The notes below the pieces were generated by a model. That model had not been told where the DNA came from. It was given only the letters and a program-made list of their open reading frames with translations, and did not search any database. From positions 1,536,001-1,600,000 of the forward strand of contig OZ241841.1 of the NCBI GenBank assembly GCA_965202665.1: a stretch of DNA of 64,000 bases, read 5' to 3'. Source of the stretch: Candidatus Spongiisociaceae bacterium (GTDB lineage: Bacteria > Actinomycetota > Acidimicrobiia > Spongiisociales > Spongiisociaceae). Shown piece after piece: positions 17,101 through 26,522 of the stretch (within the stretch, counting starts at the first letter, position 1; every line of letters begins with the position of its first letter). The position numbers and the translations under genes were made by a program.

Positions 17101-18546
17101 GTGACGGTTTTCGCCCGTCGCCGGGAACGCCTGGCCGGGCTGGTCGGGGACGGGCTGGTCCTGCTGGCCTCCGCCGTCCCCGCCGTGCGCAACAACGATG
17201 TGGAGCACCCGTTTCGGCAGGACTCCGACTTCTACTACCTGACCGGCTTCGCCGAACCGGGGTCGGTGATGTTGCTGGACCCGTCCGCCCCGGCCGAGCA
17301 GTTCGCGCTGTTCGTGCGGCCCCGCGACCGGGAGCGGGAAATCTGGGACGGGCGCCGGGCGGGGACGGAAGGGGCCGAGGAGCGGTTCGGGGCCGACGTC
17401 GCCTACCCGGCCTCTGAACTGGATTCGGTGTTGCGGGAACGGATGGCGGGGCGGAGCGTCCTCTACCTGCCTTTCCGCGACGGCCGGTTGCGACGGCGGG
17501 CGATGAGGGCGATGGCCGCGCTGGGGGGGTTGCGGGAGCGGTTCGGAGAGCGGATACCCGCCGAGATACGGGATTTGTCCCCGGCGCTGGCCGAGCTCCG
17601 TTTGCGCAAAACGCCCGAAGAGGCGGAAGCTTTGCGGGAGGCCTGCCGGATAACCGCCGCCGGGCACTTGGAGGCGATGCGCTTCGCCCGGCCCGGGTTG
17701 TACGAGTACCAAGTGCAGGCGGCCATGGAATACGAGTTCCGGATGCGGGGGGCCCGCCGGGAAGGGTATCCGTCCATCGTCGCCTCCGGGGAGAACGCGG
17801 TCATTCTGCACTACACCGACAACGACCGGCTACTGGGGGAAGGGGACCTGGTGCTGATCGACGCCGGGGCCGAATACGAATATTTTTCCGCCGACATCAC
17901 CCGCACTTTCCCCGCCTCCGGCCGTTTCACCGCCCCGCAACGGGCGGTCTACGAGGCGGCGCTGGCCGCCCACTCGGCCGGATTGGAGTCGGCCCGGGCC
18001 GGGGGCTCCATGCGGGAAATCCATCAGGCGGCGGCGGGGGCGATCACCGAAGGATTGGTGGAGTTGGGGCTTCTGCCCGGCCCGGCGGAGCGCGCCCTGG
18101 CTTGTCATCACTACCGGGAGTTTTTCATGCACGGAACCGGCCACTGGCTGGGGATGGACGTGCACGACGCCGGAACCTACGGCTTGGAGGGAACGCCCCG
18201 CCGGTTGGAGGCCGGGATGGCTTTCACGGTGGAGCCGGGGATCTACGTGGACCCGGAACGGGAGGAGGTGGAGTTGCCGCTGGTGGAATACGACCCCGAC
18301 CTGCGGGCCCGCCGCCGCATAATGCTGGGGGCGGAGCGCGCCGAGCAGGCGGAGGCTGAGGAGCGGGAGGCGGGCGGGGCGGTCACGCACCCCGTCCCGG
18401 CGGAACTGAGGGGGATCGGGGTGCGAATAGAAGACGATGTGTTGATTACCGAAGACGGCCCCGAAATACTCACCGCCGCCGTTCCCGTTCATCCGGACGG
18501 GGTGGAGGAAGTTTGCGCCCAGGCCCCCGCCCTGCCCCGCCCGTGA
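17101..18546 (+). CDS. pepP: Xaa-Pro aminopeptidase P
   Basis: FRQDSDFYYLTG, DITRT, HGTGHWLGMDVHD, EPGIY, GVRIEDD. Confidence 0.92.
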   Translation: MTVFARRRERLAGLVGDGLVLLASAVPAVRNNDVEHPFRQDSDFYYLTGFAEPGSVMLLDPSAPAEQFALFVRPRDREREIWDGRRAGTEGAEERFGADVAYPASELDSVLRERMAGRSVLYLPFRDGRLRRRAMRAMAALGGLRERFGERIPAEIRDLSPALAELRLRKTPEEAEALREACRITAAGHLEAMRFARPGLYEYQVQAAMEYEFRMRGARREGYPSIVASGENAVILHYTDNDRLLGEGDLVLIDAGAEYEYFSADITRTFPASGRFTAPQRAVYEAALAAHSAGLESARAGGSMREIHQAAAGAITEGLVELGLLPGPAERALACHHYREFFMHGTGHWLGMDVHDAGTYGLEGTPRRLEAGMAFTVEPGIYVDPEREEVELPLVEYDPDLRARRRIMLGAERAEQAEAEEREAGGAVTHPVPAELRGIGVRIEDDVLITEDGPEILTAAVPVHPDGVEEVCAQAPALPRP

Positions 18547-18591
18547 GCGGGGCGGCCATTTTTGTCACAGGCTCCGGATAGAAATGTCGGT

Positions 18592-19575
18592 ATGGCGCAA
18601 GTCGTGCAAAAAACTGAAAAGCCCGTCTCCCGGCCCGTCGTCCAGCTAGGATGCGAAAGTATGAACGGAGATGGCCGTTCGGCTTCGCTGCTGTCGGGGC
18701 CGCTGACCGCCGTGGCGGAGGCGGGCGACGGGTATCGGTTTTACAACCGTTCCTGTCTGGAAATGCCGGAATGCGCCGATGATTCCATCGCTCTGACCGT
18801 CACCTCCCCGCCCTACTGGAATTCCATCGACTACGACATTCACACCCGCCGCGGGGCGGACGCCTGGCACCGCCAACGGGAATACGGGGCCTTCGGGCGG
18901 ACCTTCGAGGACTGGCTGGGCAACATCGAAGAGGCCTTCGGCGAGGTGCGGCGGGTTACGATGCCGGGCGGCTTCTGCGCGGTGGTGGTGGGGACCATCC
19001 TCCACAAAGGGGAGCACTACCCGGCTCCGATGATGGTCACCGCCCGGATGCTGCAGGCGGGGTGGGAGTTCCACCAAGACATCATCTGGAACAAAGTGAC
19101 CGGCGGGGTGAAACGGGCCGGGTGTTTCATCCAGCATCCCAAGCCCGGCTACTACTACCCGAACATCATGACCGAGTACGTGCTGGTGTTCCGCAAGCCG
19201 GGGGAGAAACGCCGGGGGACCAAGGCGGCCCTGGATATCGACGAGTTGTTCACCCGCGACATCGCCAACAACGTGTGGCACATAGCCCCGGTACCGCCCC
19301 GGACGATAGAACATCCCTGTCCCTACCCGGAAGAGCTGGTTCGCCGCCTGGTGGTCCTCTACTCGCAGGAGGGGGAAGAGGTTCTGGACCCGTTCCTGGG
19401 AAGCGGCCAAACCGCCGTAGCCGCCTTGCGGGAGGGCCGCCGTTGCGTAGGTTACGACATTGAGTCGGAATACCTGAACCTGTCCGAACGGAGAATAGCC
19501 GCCGCCCAAAACGGCGAAGACACCAGACGCAAATACAACCTACTACCCAAATGGGAAAAAATCACCGCGCTATGA
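18592..19575 (+). CDS. Site-specific DNA methyltransferase (N4-C/N6-A, beta class); start uncertain
   Basis: TSPPY catalytic motif precedes the VLDPFLGSGQT SAM-binding motif; HPCPYP. Confidence 0.88.
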   Translation: MAQVVQKTEKPVSRPVVQLGCESMNGDGRSASLLSGPLTAVAEAGDGYRFYNRSCLEMPECADDSIALTVTSPPYWNSIDYDIHTRRGADAWHRQREYGAFGRTFEDWLGNIEEAFGEVRRVTMPGGFCAVVVGTILHKGEHYPAPMMVTARMLQAGWEFHQDIIWNKVTGGVKRAGCFIQHPKPGYYYPNIMTEYVLVFRKPGEKRRGTKAALDIDELFTRDIANNVWHIAPVPPRTIEHPCPYPEELVRRLVVLYSQEGEEVLDPFLGSGQTAVAALREGRRCVGYDIESEYLNLSERRIAAAQNGEDTRRKYNLLPKWEKITAL

Positions 19576-20204
19576 GGGATGGGCCCGTGCGTAAAAAATC
19601 ATACGCCCAGGAGCGGCGCGTGTTCGATCGTCTGCGGTCAGACTGTTCAGAAGGGGCCAAGAGTGAGTACGAGACCGCTGTCGCCAGATTGTTGAATCGC
19701 TACAATACGACTATACGTGAAAACCGTTTCATAGTAGGTGGGGCAGTGAAGTTTTTTACCTGCTCCTTACTACGATCGGTTGGGATAGATTGCTCTCTGT
19801 TTGAGGAGCAATCCCATCCAGGGGATATTCTGTTGCCCAATGATGGAAAGTTGTTGATCAAAAGTACTTTCACCGGCGGACCGGCTAATGTGAAACTGAT
19901 GAACAAGCTGGGGGGAGGTCATCAGATATGGGCCACGGCCACTTTGTTCGTTATTTCGGAAGTGGGGTTGGTGTACGGCTCACCAGATATGGTGGCTGAA
20001 GAACATATCAAAGATGTAAATGAAGGAACCAAACTAACAAAAGCAGGACTACAGTCTTTGATCAGTATGCCTGATAACCTGTTCAAAGTAAAAATTGCTA
20101 GGAAACCACCCACCGAGACCACTGGGTCCAATCAAAAAGATAGCACAGCGATAGCGCGGCAAATCTTGTCTGATATGCCAGCAAAACATTTGACTTGCGA
20201 CTAA
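19572..20204 (+). CDS. Putative restriction endonuclease paired with the methyltransferase
   Basis: ATGA coupling to the MTase, clearly lower GC, and a GD-x9-IK motif reminiscent of PD-(D/E)xK nucleases. Confidence 0.5.
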   Translation: MRDGPVRKKSYAQERRVFDRLRSDCSEGAKSEYETAVARLLNRYNTTIRENRFIVGGAVKFFTCSLLRSVGIDCSLFEEQSHPGDILLPNDGKLLIKSTFTGGPANVKLMNKLGGGHQIWATATLFVISEVGLVYGSPDMVAEEHIKDVNEGTKLTKAGLQSLISMPDNLFKVKIARKPPTETTGSNQKDSTAIARQILSDMPAKHLTCD

Positions 20205-20210
20205 TGATGG

Positions 20211-20450
20211 TTGAGCGTCGGGATGATTCCTCCACCCGGCTTTGCGGGGCGGGGATATACGATCTGGCGGAAGCCGCCCGGTTGGAGGGCGAGCTTCGGT
20301 CCCTGGAAGAACGCGCACACCGATACCCTCGATGAGGCTTTGAAATGGTGCAACAACGAGGCAGGGAACGGCGAGATTATGTCCGCCGAGGGGGCGGCTA
20401 CTCGGCAGGAGGAGCGGTTCGCCTGGTGGCCGCCCGGAAACGGAGGTTAG
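20211..20450 (+). CDS. Hypothetical small protein with DTLDEALKWC...QEERFA module
   Basis: Its C-terminal module is duplicated in the next ORF. Confidence 0.4.
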   Translation: MSVGMIPPPGFAGRGYTIWRKPPGWRASFGPWKNAHTDTLDEALKWCNNEAGNGEIMSAEGAATRQEERFAWWPPGNGG

Positions 20451-20779
20451 AAATGACAGAAACGGCGACGATTGCGGGCATCACCGACGAACAGCTGGCA
20501 GCGCTGATAGCGGGACGGTGGGAAGACGACTACTCCGGCACGCCGGGCTGGGAACGCTGGGTGACAGATGACGACAACGGGGGGCGGCGGCTGGTGCATC
20601 AGTGGATGTTCCCGTCTTACTACCGCCCCGGCGAGTGGAATATGTCCTCCGGTGGAGAAGAAACGTGGATAGACACCCTCGATGAGGCTTTGAAATGGTG
20701 CGACAACCAGGCGGGGAACCGCGAGATTAAGCCACCCTCCTCGACAGCCACCAAACAGGAGGAGCGGTTCGCCCGGTGG
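20322..20779 (+). repeat. Direct repeat of ~108 bp (20322-20429 and 20672-20779)
   Basis: Shared ACCCTCGATGAGGCTTTGAAATGGTGC and CAGGAGGAGCGGTTCGCC. Confidence 0.9.
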
Positions 20780-20788
20780 GCGGCCTAA
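20453..20788 (+). CDS. Hypothetical small protein with DTLDEALKWC...QEERFA module
   Basis: RBS GGAGG at 20442-20446, ATG at 20453. Confidence 0.55.
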   Translation: MTETATIAGITDEQLAALIAGRWEDDYSGTPGWERWVTDDDNGGRRLVHQWMFPSYYRPGEWNMSSGGEETWIDTLDEALKWCDNQAGNREIKPPSSTATKQEERFARWAA

Positions 20789-20804
20789 AAGCGGGACGGA
20801 GGCG

Positions 20805-21293
20805 TTGCATCGGGTGCGCGATGCCAAAATCCTGAATTTTCTGGATCTTATAAGCCTGTTGGTCATCTCGGAGTTGGTAAGGCGACGCGTACCGAAGCCT
20901 GAAATCATAAGGGGCGGCGAATACCTGTCCCGCCAGTTGGATACCAGATATCCTTTCGCCCACAAGGACATTGCCACCGCTGGCGCGTCCTTGTTCGGAA
21001 AATTCGGCGATTGGGTCGGCGGTAAGCTCGCTTTCCAAGATGCCATTCGGGAATATCTGAAACCGATCTCGTACGGGGGCGACGATTTGGCTTCTGCTTG
21101 GAGGCCCCGGCCTCGTATTCTGGTTAACCCGGCCATACAGGCGGGTGCTCCCTGTATTGAGGGGACCCGCGTACCCACCTTGTTGCTCGCGGAGTTGGCT
21201 GAGTCTCCGGAGGATTACCAGCAGATAGCCGGCGACTATCGCTTGACTGTTGAGGATGTGCAAGCCGCGGTTGAATACGAGCTCGCCGCATGA
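20805..21293 (+). pseudogene. DUF433 (VapB45/Rv2018-like) antitoxin, probably 5'-truncated, no toxin partner
   Basis: LNFLDLI...YPFA...ILVNPAIQAGAPCIEGTRVPT...IAGDYRLTVEDVQAAVEYE; lacks the N-terminal HTH. Confidence 0.7.
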
Positions 21294-21325
21294 ATCGGGA
21301 GAATCACCCTAAGAGGGTGGGTAAG

Positions 21326-22825
21326 TTATCCCTCCAGTAGAGGTGGGAGGCGGTGGTTCCAGGGGCGGGCGTTTTCCAGTTGGGAGGCTAGGCGAATAAG
21401 CAGCGACTCTTCTCCGTAGCGGGCGGTGAACTGCACTCCTATGGGCAGGCCGTCCGCCCAATGCAGGGGCACGCTCATCGACGGTTGGCCGGTGGCGTTC
21501 CACAGGGGAGTGTTGGGAATGACGTCCAAAGAACGGGCGGCGGCTTTTTTGACGGCCAGCCGAACCGCCGTCCGGCCCGGCATCCGCCCCAGCGTCTGCA
21601 AGGCCCGCAACTGCCGCTCCGACGGGTCCGCCGCTCCGCTCACCCAGGGCGGCCCGGCGATGGTTGACTCCGCGAAAATGTCGTATTCGTCAAAGAAAGG
21701 GGCCACCCCCCGGCCGATGTTCTTCACGTATTCAATGGCTTCCGCCAAAGAGGGGGCATCCAAACGCCGCCCGATTTGCCCCAGCGCCCAGTTGGCCGCC
21801 TCGAACATTTCCCCGGTCGGTTTTCGTCCCGCCTCCCGCCCGGCGGCGGTGATGTTGCGGGCCAGGTCGGCCGCTACCATCGTCGTCATCGCCCGTCGCA
21901 ACGGCCCCGCGTCTATCACCGGGCGGGCCTCCGACACCCGATGTCCCAACTCCTCCAGCAGCTGGGCCGTTTTCTCCACCGCCCGCGCGCATTCGCCGTC
22001 CATTTTGGAGGCCAGCATCGGTTCGGCGGAAAAGGCGATGCGCAACACCCCCGGCGGGCGCCCCGCCTCTTCCAGAAAAGGCCGTTCGGGCGGCGGCGGG
22101 AAATAGGGGGCCCCCGGATCGGGGCCGGAGGCGATGTCCAATAGGGCGGCGCTGTCGTGCACGGTGCGGGTCAAAGCATGATCGACGGACATTCCGAACC
22201 ACCCTTCCGCGGCGTGAGGCCCCTTCGGAGTGCGGGCCCGGGTGGGTTTCAGGCCGAACAGCCCGCACATTGAGGCCGGAATGCGAATGGATCCGCCCCC
22301 GTCGCTGCCGTGCGCGGCCGGAACGTAACGGGCGGCCGTCGCCGCCCCCGCCCCGCCGCTGGAACCGCCCGGTGAACGGTCCGTATCCCATGGGTTGCGG
22401 GTGGGGCCTTGTTGGGAGGAGCGGGTGTCGGGCGAAGACCCGAACTCCGGGGAGGCGCTTTGCCCGACGATCAGCAACCCGGCCGCTTTGTAGCGGGCCA
22501 CCAGGGCCGAATCCCCTTCGGCGATCACATCCCGGCGCATAGCCGACCCCAACGTATTGGGCATCCCGGCCACCGTCTGCCCCATATCTTTTATCAGAAA
22601 CGGAACCCCGGCTACCGGGGAGGCGGGCAGGGGGCGTTCCGCCTCCCGCAAAGCTTGTTCGTAGCGCCGGGTCCGCACCGCATTCAGATCCGGTTCGTAA
22701 CGTTCGATCTGGCCCATGGCGGCGGTGACCGCCTCCCGCGGATGGACTTGGCCGGAGGCGATCATTTCCCCCAGGCCCACCGCGTCCGTCTCCAGAATTT
22801 CCGGGAGGGTCCGTTGCTTTTCCAT
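21326..22825 (-). CDS. Amidase (amidase signature family)
   Basis: [27 protein letters not shown]. Confidence 0.92.
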   Translation of the reverse strand: MEKQRTLPEILETDAVGLGEMIASGQVHPREAVTAAMGQIERYEPDLNAVRTRRYEQALREAERPLPASPVAGVPFLIKDMGQTVAGMPNTLGSAMRRDVIAEGDSALVARYKAAGLLIVGQSASPEFGSSPDTRSSQQGPTRNPWDTDRSPGGSSGGAGAATAARYVPAAHGSDGGGSIRIPASMCGLFGLKPTRARTPKGPHAAEGWFGMSVDHALTRTVHDSAALLDIASGPDPGAPYFPPPPERPFLEEAGRPPGVLRIAFSAEPMLASKMDGECARAVEKTAQLLEELGHRVSEARPVIDAGPLRRAMTTMVAADLARNITAAGREAGRKPTGEMFEAANWALGQIGRRLDAPSLAEAIEYVKNIGRGVAPFFDEYDIFAESTIAGPPWVSGAADPSERQLRALQTLGRMPGRTAVRLAVKKAAARSLDVIPNTPLWNATGQPSMSVPLHWADGLPIGVQFTARYGEESLLIRLASQLENARPWNHRLPPLLEG

Positions 22826-22854
22826 AAGATTATTTTAGAACCCGCCCGGCCCGG

Positions 22855-23463
22855 TTAGCCCAACCCGAGCTCGTCCAGCAAGGCACGCCCCTCCTCCGTA
22901 TTAGCATCGATGTCCTCCTGCTGGATTTCCAATGCGCCGATCGCATCGTCGGTAATCCGGAGCATCTCCCATCCCGCATCTATTTCCGGCCACTCTTGGG
23001 TGAACTGTTGCACCGTCGGCCGCCACCGGCGGAGGGTGTCCAACGTCCCGGCGGATATGCCTGCGCATCCTTCCATATGTTCGATCGCCGCCTCCGCGCC
23101 CCGCGTCCAAAACAGATCTTCCATCATCTCAGCAGTGCATAGATGTTCAAGCAGGGCTATATCCGCTTCCAGCGAGGTCTGTACCGAATCCCATTCCGCG
23201 AACAGAGCAACGAGATCCATCAGGTGACCCCCGCCTGCGGTCGTGGTGGTCGTAGGGGTGGTCGTAGTAGTTGTTGTTGTGGTGGGGGCGGTGGTCGTAG
23301 CGATGGTAGTGGTGGTGGTCGTTGGGGTGGCGGTAGCGGCGGTGCGTACCACAGGGGCGGGCGGGGCGGGAGGTTCTTCTTCGCCGGACGCCACCCATCC
23401 AATAATGGCCACCGTTCCCGCTATCGCCGCCGCTCCCCAAATCAGCCGATTAATGATTTTCAT
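22855..23463 (-). CDS. Secreted or membrane-anchored protein with Thr-rich linker
   Basis: N-terminal hydrophobic helix, poly-Thr/Pro stretch, acidic helical C-terminal domain. Confidence 0.65.
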   Translation of the reverse strand: MKIINRLIWGAAAIAGTVAIIGWVASGEEEPPAPPAPVVRTAATATPTTTTTTIATTTAPTTTTTTTTTPTTTTTAGGGHLMDLVALFAEWDSVQTSLEADIALLEHLCTAEMMEDLFWTRGAEAAIEHMEGCAGISAGTLDTLRRWRPTVQQFTQEWPEIDAGWEMLRITDDAIGALEIQQEDIDANTEEGRALLDELGLG

Positions 23464-23603
23464 CCGTCTGACAATCTTCCCCGTCGTGGGCTTCCCGCCC
23501 GTCCGCCCGCGCCCTGTTCGGCCAGTCGCCGTTACTTTCGGAAAGCCCGAATCGTTCCCGGCGGGCCGGTTTGGAACCTTCCCGGTAATGGTACGATGAG
23601 GAT

Positions 23604-25382
23604 GTGCAACATCAGGCCCTTTATCGCAAATACCGTCCGCAACGATTCGACCAGGTGGTCGGCCAGGAGCACGTTACGCAAACCCTGTTGCGGGAAATCA
23701 CCGAAGGCCGGGTGGCCCACGCCTATCTGTTCGCCGGGCCGCGGGGCACCGGGAAAACCACCACCGCCCGCCTGTTGGCCAAAGCCCTCAACTGCCCGGA
23801 CCGTTCCCCGGCCGGCGAGCCGTGCGACGACTGCGACTCCTGCCGGGCGGTGACGGACTCCGTCTCCTTGGACGTAATCGAGCTGGACGCCGCCTCCCAC
23901 AACAAAGTGGAGGACATCAGAGAGCTGCGTTCCGGGGTGTCCACCGTGGCCTCGGTGGGCGGGGCGAAACGGGTGTTCATCCTGGACGAGGCGCACATGC
24001 TCACCAAAGCGGCGAGCAACGCCCTGTTGAAGACTTTGGAAGAACCCCCGGAGGGGGTGCATTTCGTGCTGGCCACCACCGAGCCGTACCGCCTGCTGGA
24101 CACCATCCGCTCCCGCAGCCAGCGGTTCGACTTCCACCTGGTTTCCATCGACCGGCTGGTCAAGCACTTGCAGGAGGTGTCCGACGCCGAAGGCTACCAG
24201 GCCGCCCCGGAGGGCCTGGCGGCGGTCGCCCGGCGGGCGGACGGTTCCGTACGGGACGCCTTGAGCCTGTTGGAGCAGGCGGCGGCCGCGGACGGAACCG
24301 TCACCGAAGAGGGGCTGTCGCGGGCTTTGGGCGCGGCCGGGCGGGAATCCTTCCCCGCCCTGGCGGAGGCGATGACCAACCAGGATGCGGGGGCGGTCCT
24401 GCGTTTGGTGTACGAGTTGGCCGGGCAGGGGGTAAACATGCGCCGGTTTGCGGCCGACGCCATAGAATTTTTTCGAGGAGTGTTCCTGGTCCAGTACGCC
24501 CCGGAGGCGGCCGGCGAGGCCGGGCATTTCCCGGAAGCGGCGGACGACTGGAAACAGGTGGCGGACGTTCTGCCCCCGGCGGCCGTGCGCCGGGCCATAG
24601 AACAGTTGGGGGAAGTGTTGGCGGCTTTGCGGGAAGGACGGGAGGAGCGGATAACGATGGAGTTGGCCCTGCTGAAACTCACCCGTCCCGAATTAGACGA
24701 TGATACGGCGGCTTTGCTGACCCGGATTGAGCGGTTGGAGCGGGGCCAACCCGCCTCCGTCCCCTCCGCCCCCGCCCGAACCGAACGGCCCCCGCCCACC
24801 GCCTCCCCTGCTAAAAAGGGGGCCGTCCCCGTCGCCGAGACGGCGGAGGCCGCCCCGCCGCCCGCCGTTCCCGCCCCGCAACCGAAAGCCCCGGCGGGCG
24901 AAGTGTCCTTGGAGGCTTTGGAGGGCGTTTGGCCGCAGTTGGTGGCTTCCGTCCGTGAGCAGAGCGTCCGCAAAGAGGCCCTCTTCCGGGATACCGTGGC
25001 CAGCCGGGTGGATGACGGCACCATTTTCCTGACCGCCCCCTCCGCTTTTTTTCTGAAAAGCCTGCAAGCAGACGAAGCGTTGCAAACTTTTCTGGCGGAG
25101 CGGGCCACCGCCCTGTTGGGGGCTGAAGCCCGGTTCGCTTTTGAGATAAACGAAGGGGATGCGCCCCCGCCGGCCGATTCTCCGCCCGTCCCGCCCCGCT
25201 CGTCGGATCCCGCTCCCGACCCGCCGTCCCCGCCCGACGCTCCCCCGACGCAGTCATCGGACCCGGTTTCCGACACGCCCGATACCCCGCCCGTCCCGCC
25301 GGAACCCGACTCCCCCTCGTCCAAGCCTCTTACCTTTGATCAGGTGACCGAAGAGTTCAGGGCCAAAGTAATAGAGCCTTGA
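23604..25382 (+). CDS. dnaX: DNA polymerase III subunit gamma/tau
   Basis: ALYRKYRPQ, GPRGTGKT, the CxxC zinc module, DEAHML, LLKTLEEPP. Confidence 0.95.
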   Translation: MQHQALYRKYRPQRFDQVVGQEHVTQTLLREITEGRVAHAYLFAGPRGTGKTTTARLLAKALNCPDRSPAGEPCDDCDSCRAVTDSVSLDVIELDAASHNKVEDIRELRSGVSTVASVGGAKRVFILDEAHMLTKAASNALLKTLEEPPEGVHFVLATTEPYRLLDTIRSRSQRFDFHLVSIDRLVKHLQEVSDAEGYQAAPEGLAAVARRADGSVRDALSLLEQAAAADGTVTEEGLSRALGAAGRESFPALAEAMTNQDAGAVLRLVYELAGQGVNMRRFAADAIEFFRGVFLVQYAPEAAGEAGHFPEAADDWKQVADVLPPAAVRRAIEQLGEVLAALREGREERITMELALLKLTRPELDDDTAALLTRIERLERGQPASVPSAPARTERPPPTASPAKKGAVPVAETAEAAPPPAVPAPQPKAPAGEVSLEALEGVWPQLVASVREQSVRKEALFRDTVASRVDDGTIFLTAPSAFFLKSLQADEALQTFLAERATALLGAEARFAFEINEGDAPPPADSPPVPPRSSDPAPDPPSPPDAPPTQSSDPVSDTPDTPPVPPEPDSPSSKPLTFDQVTEEFRAKVIEP

Positions 25383-25579
25383 CTCAATGCCCCTGCCGGG
25401 CAACGGAGGACGAACCCCTGCGACGTTACATCCCCTTCGCCGGGCTGGTAATGCTCTACAATACGAACCGGAAAGCCCTCCGGTGGAGAACGACCGATGA
25501 CTACGACCCCTACAGGAACAAAGGATTTCTGCGAAATGAAATTTATTAAGTTTTTTCCGGCCCCCGCCGGACGGGGTAG

Positions 25580-25834
25580 ATGATGTCGCGGTCGGGCGGC
25601 GGGCGGAGTAGCAACCGATACGGAGGGCGGGGGACCTACGCCTCCGTCCGCGGGTCGCATAACCATCCGCTCGCCGGGATGGACGGCGGGGATACCCGGT
25701 CGGAGCGGACGATCCGTCGCCGCGCGGAAGCTATCCGCCGTCGAAACAAAGGCCGTCGCCGGGGGACTACCGGGGACGAACCGCCCGAGACTCCCCCGTT
25801 ACCGGAGGACGAACCGCCGCCGCCGGGCGGGTAG
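25580..25834 (+). CDS. Hypothetical low-complexity protein
   Basis: The ORF fills the dnaX-recR gap; no recognisable motif. Confidence 0.25.
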   Translation: MMSRSGGGRSSNRYGGRGTYASVRGSHNHPLAGMDGGDTRSERTIRRRAEAIRRRNKGRRRGTTGDEPPETPPLPEDEPPPPGG

Positions 25835-25857
25835 AACGGGACGACCGCCCGCCGGGG

Positions 25858-26451
25858 TCAGAGTCGCCGGCGTCCGGTTAGGGCCCGGCCCAGGGTGATC
25901 TCGTCGGCGTAGTCCATATCCCCGCCCACCGGCAGGCCGCTGGCCGGGCGGGTGACCGTCACCCCCAGCGGCTTCAACTCCTTGGCCAAATACATGGCGG
26001 TGGTGTCGCCTTCGATGGTGGGATTGGTGGCCACGATCAACTCGGTAATGGACTCTTCCGCTATCCGCAGGCGCAACTCCCGAATTCGCAACCGGTCGGG
26101 CCCCACCCCGTCGATCGGGGAAAGGCTTCCGCCCAACACGTGGTAGCGGCCGTCGAACTCCCGGGTGCGTTCCACCACCGCGATGTCCTGCGGACGTTCC
26201 ACCACGCACACCACCGACCGGTCCCGGCGCTGGTCCAGGCAGATGGAGCATTCCCGTCCGGAGGTCACGTTGAAGCAACGGGCGCAGAACGCGGTCTGTT
26301 CGCGCAGTTCCACGATGGCCTGCGCCAGCCGACGGGCGTCGGTTTCCTCCACGTTCAACAAGTGAAAAGCCAATCGTTGGGCGGACTTGCGCCCGATCCC
26401 GGGCAACCGGGAAAGTTCATCGATCAGTCGCTGGACGGGCCGTTCAAACAT
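25858..26451 (-). CDS. recR: Recombination mediator RecR
   Basis: [24 protein letters not shown]4 zinc finger, [24 protein letters not shown]. Confidence 0.95.
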   Translation of the reverse strand: MFERPVQRLIDELSRLPGIGRKSAQRLAFHLLNVEETDARRLAQAIVELREQTAFCARCFNVTSGRECSICLDQRRDRSVVCVVERPQDIAVVERTREFDGRYHVLGGSLSPIDGVGPDRLRIRELRLRIAEESITELIVATNPTIEGDTTAMYLAKELKPLGVTVTRPASGLPVGGDMDYADEITLGRALTGRRRL

Positions 26452-26522
26452 CCCTCGAAGGGTAGCCGCCCCCTGCGACATTCCCCGGCCTATCGCCCTC
26501 CGGCGCGGCTGGGAGAAAGCCG

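Noticed and set aside
23465-23603. SRP RNA (ffs), often found upstream of dnaX
   Set aside because: The conserved CAGG-CCGGAAGG-AGCAG domain IV motif is absent.
24812-24860. dnaX -1 frameshift site (T AAA AAG)
   Set aside because: Only five As, so not the A AAA AAG heptamer; no upstream SD-like element; and the -1 frame stays open for about 46 codons.
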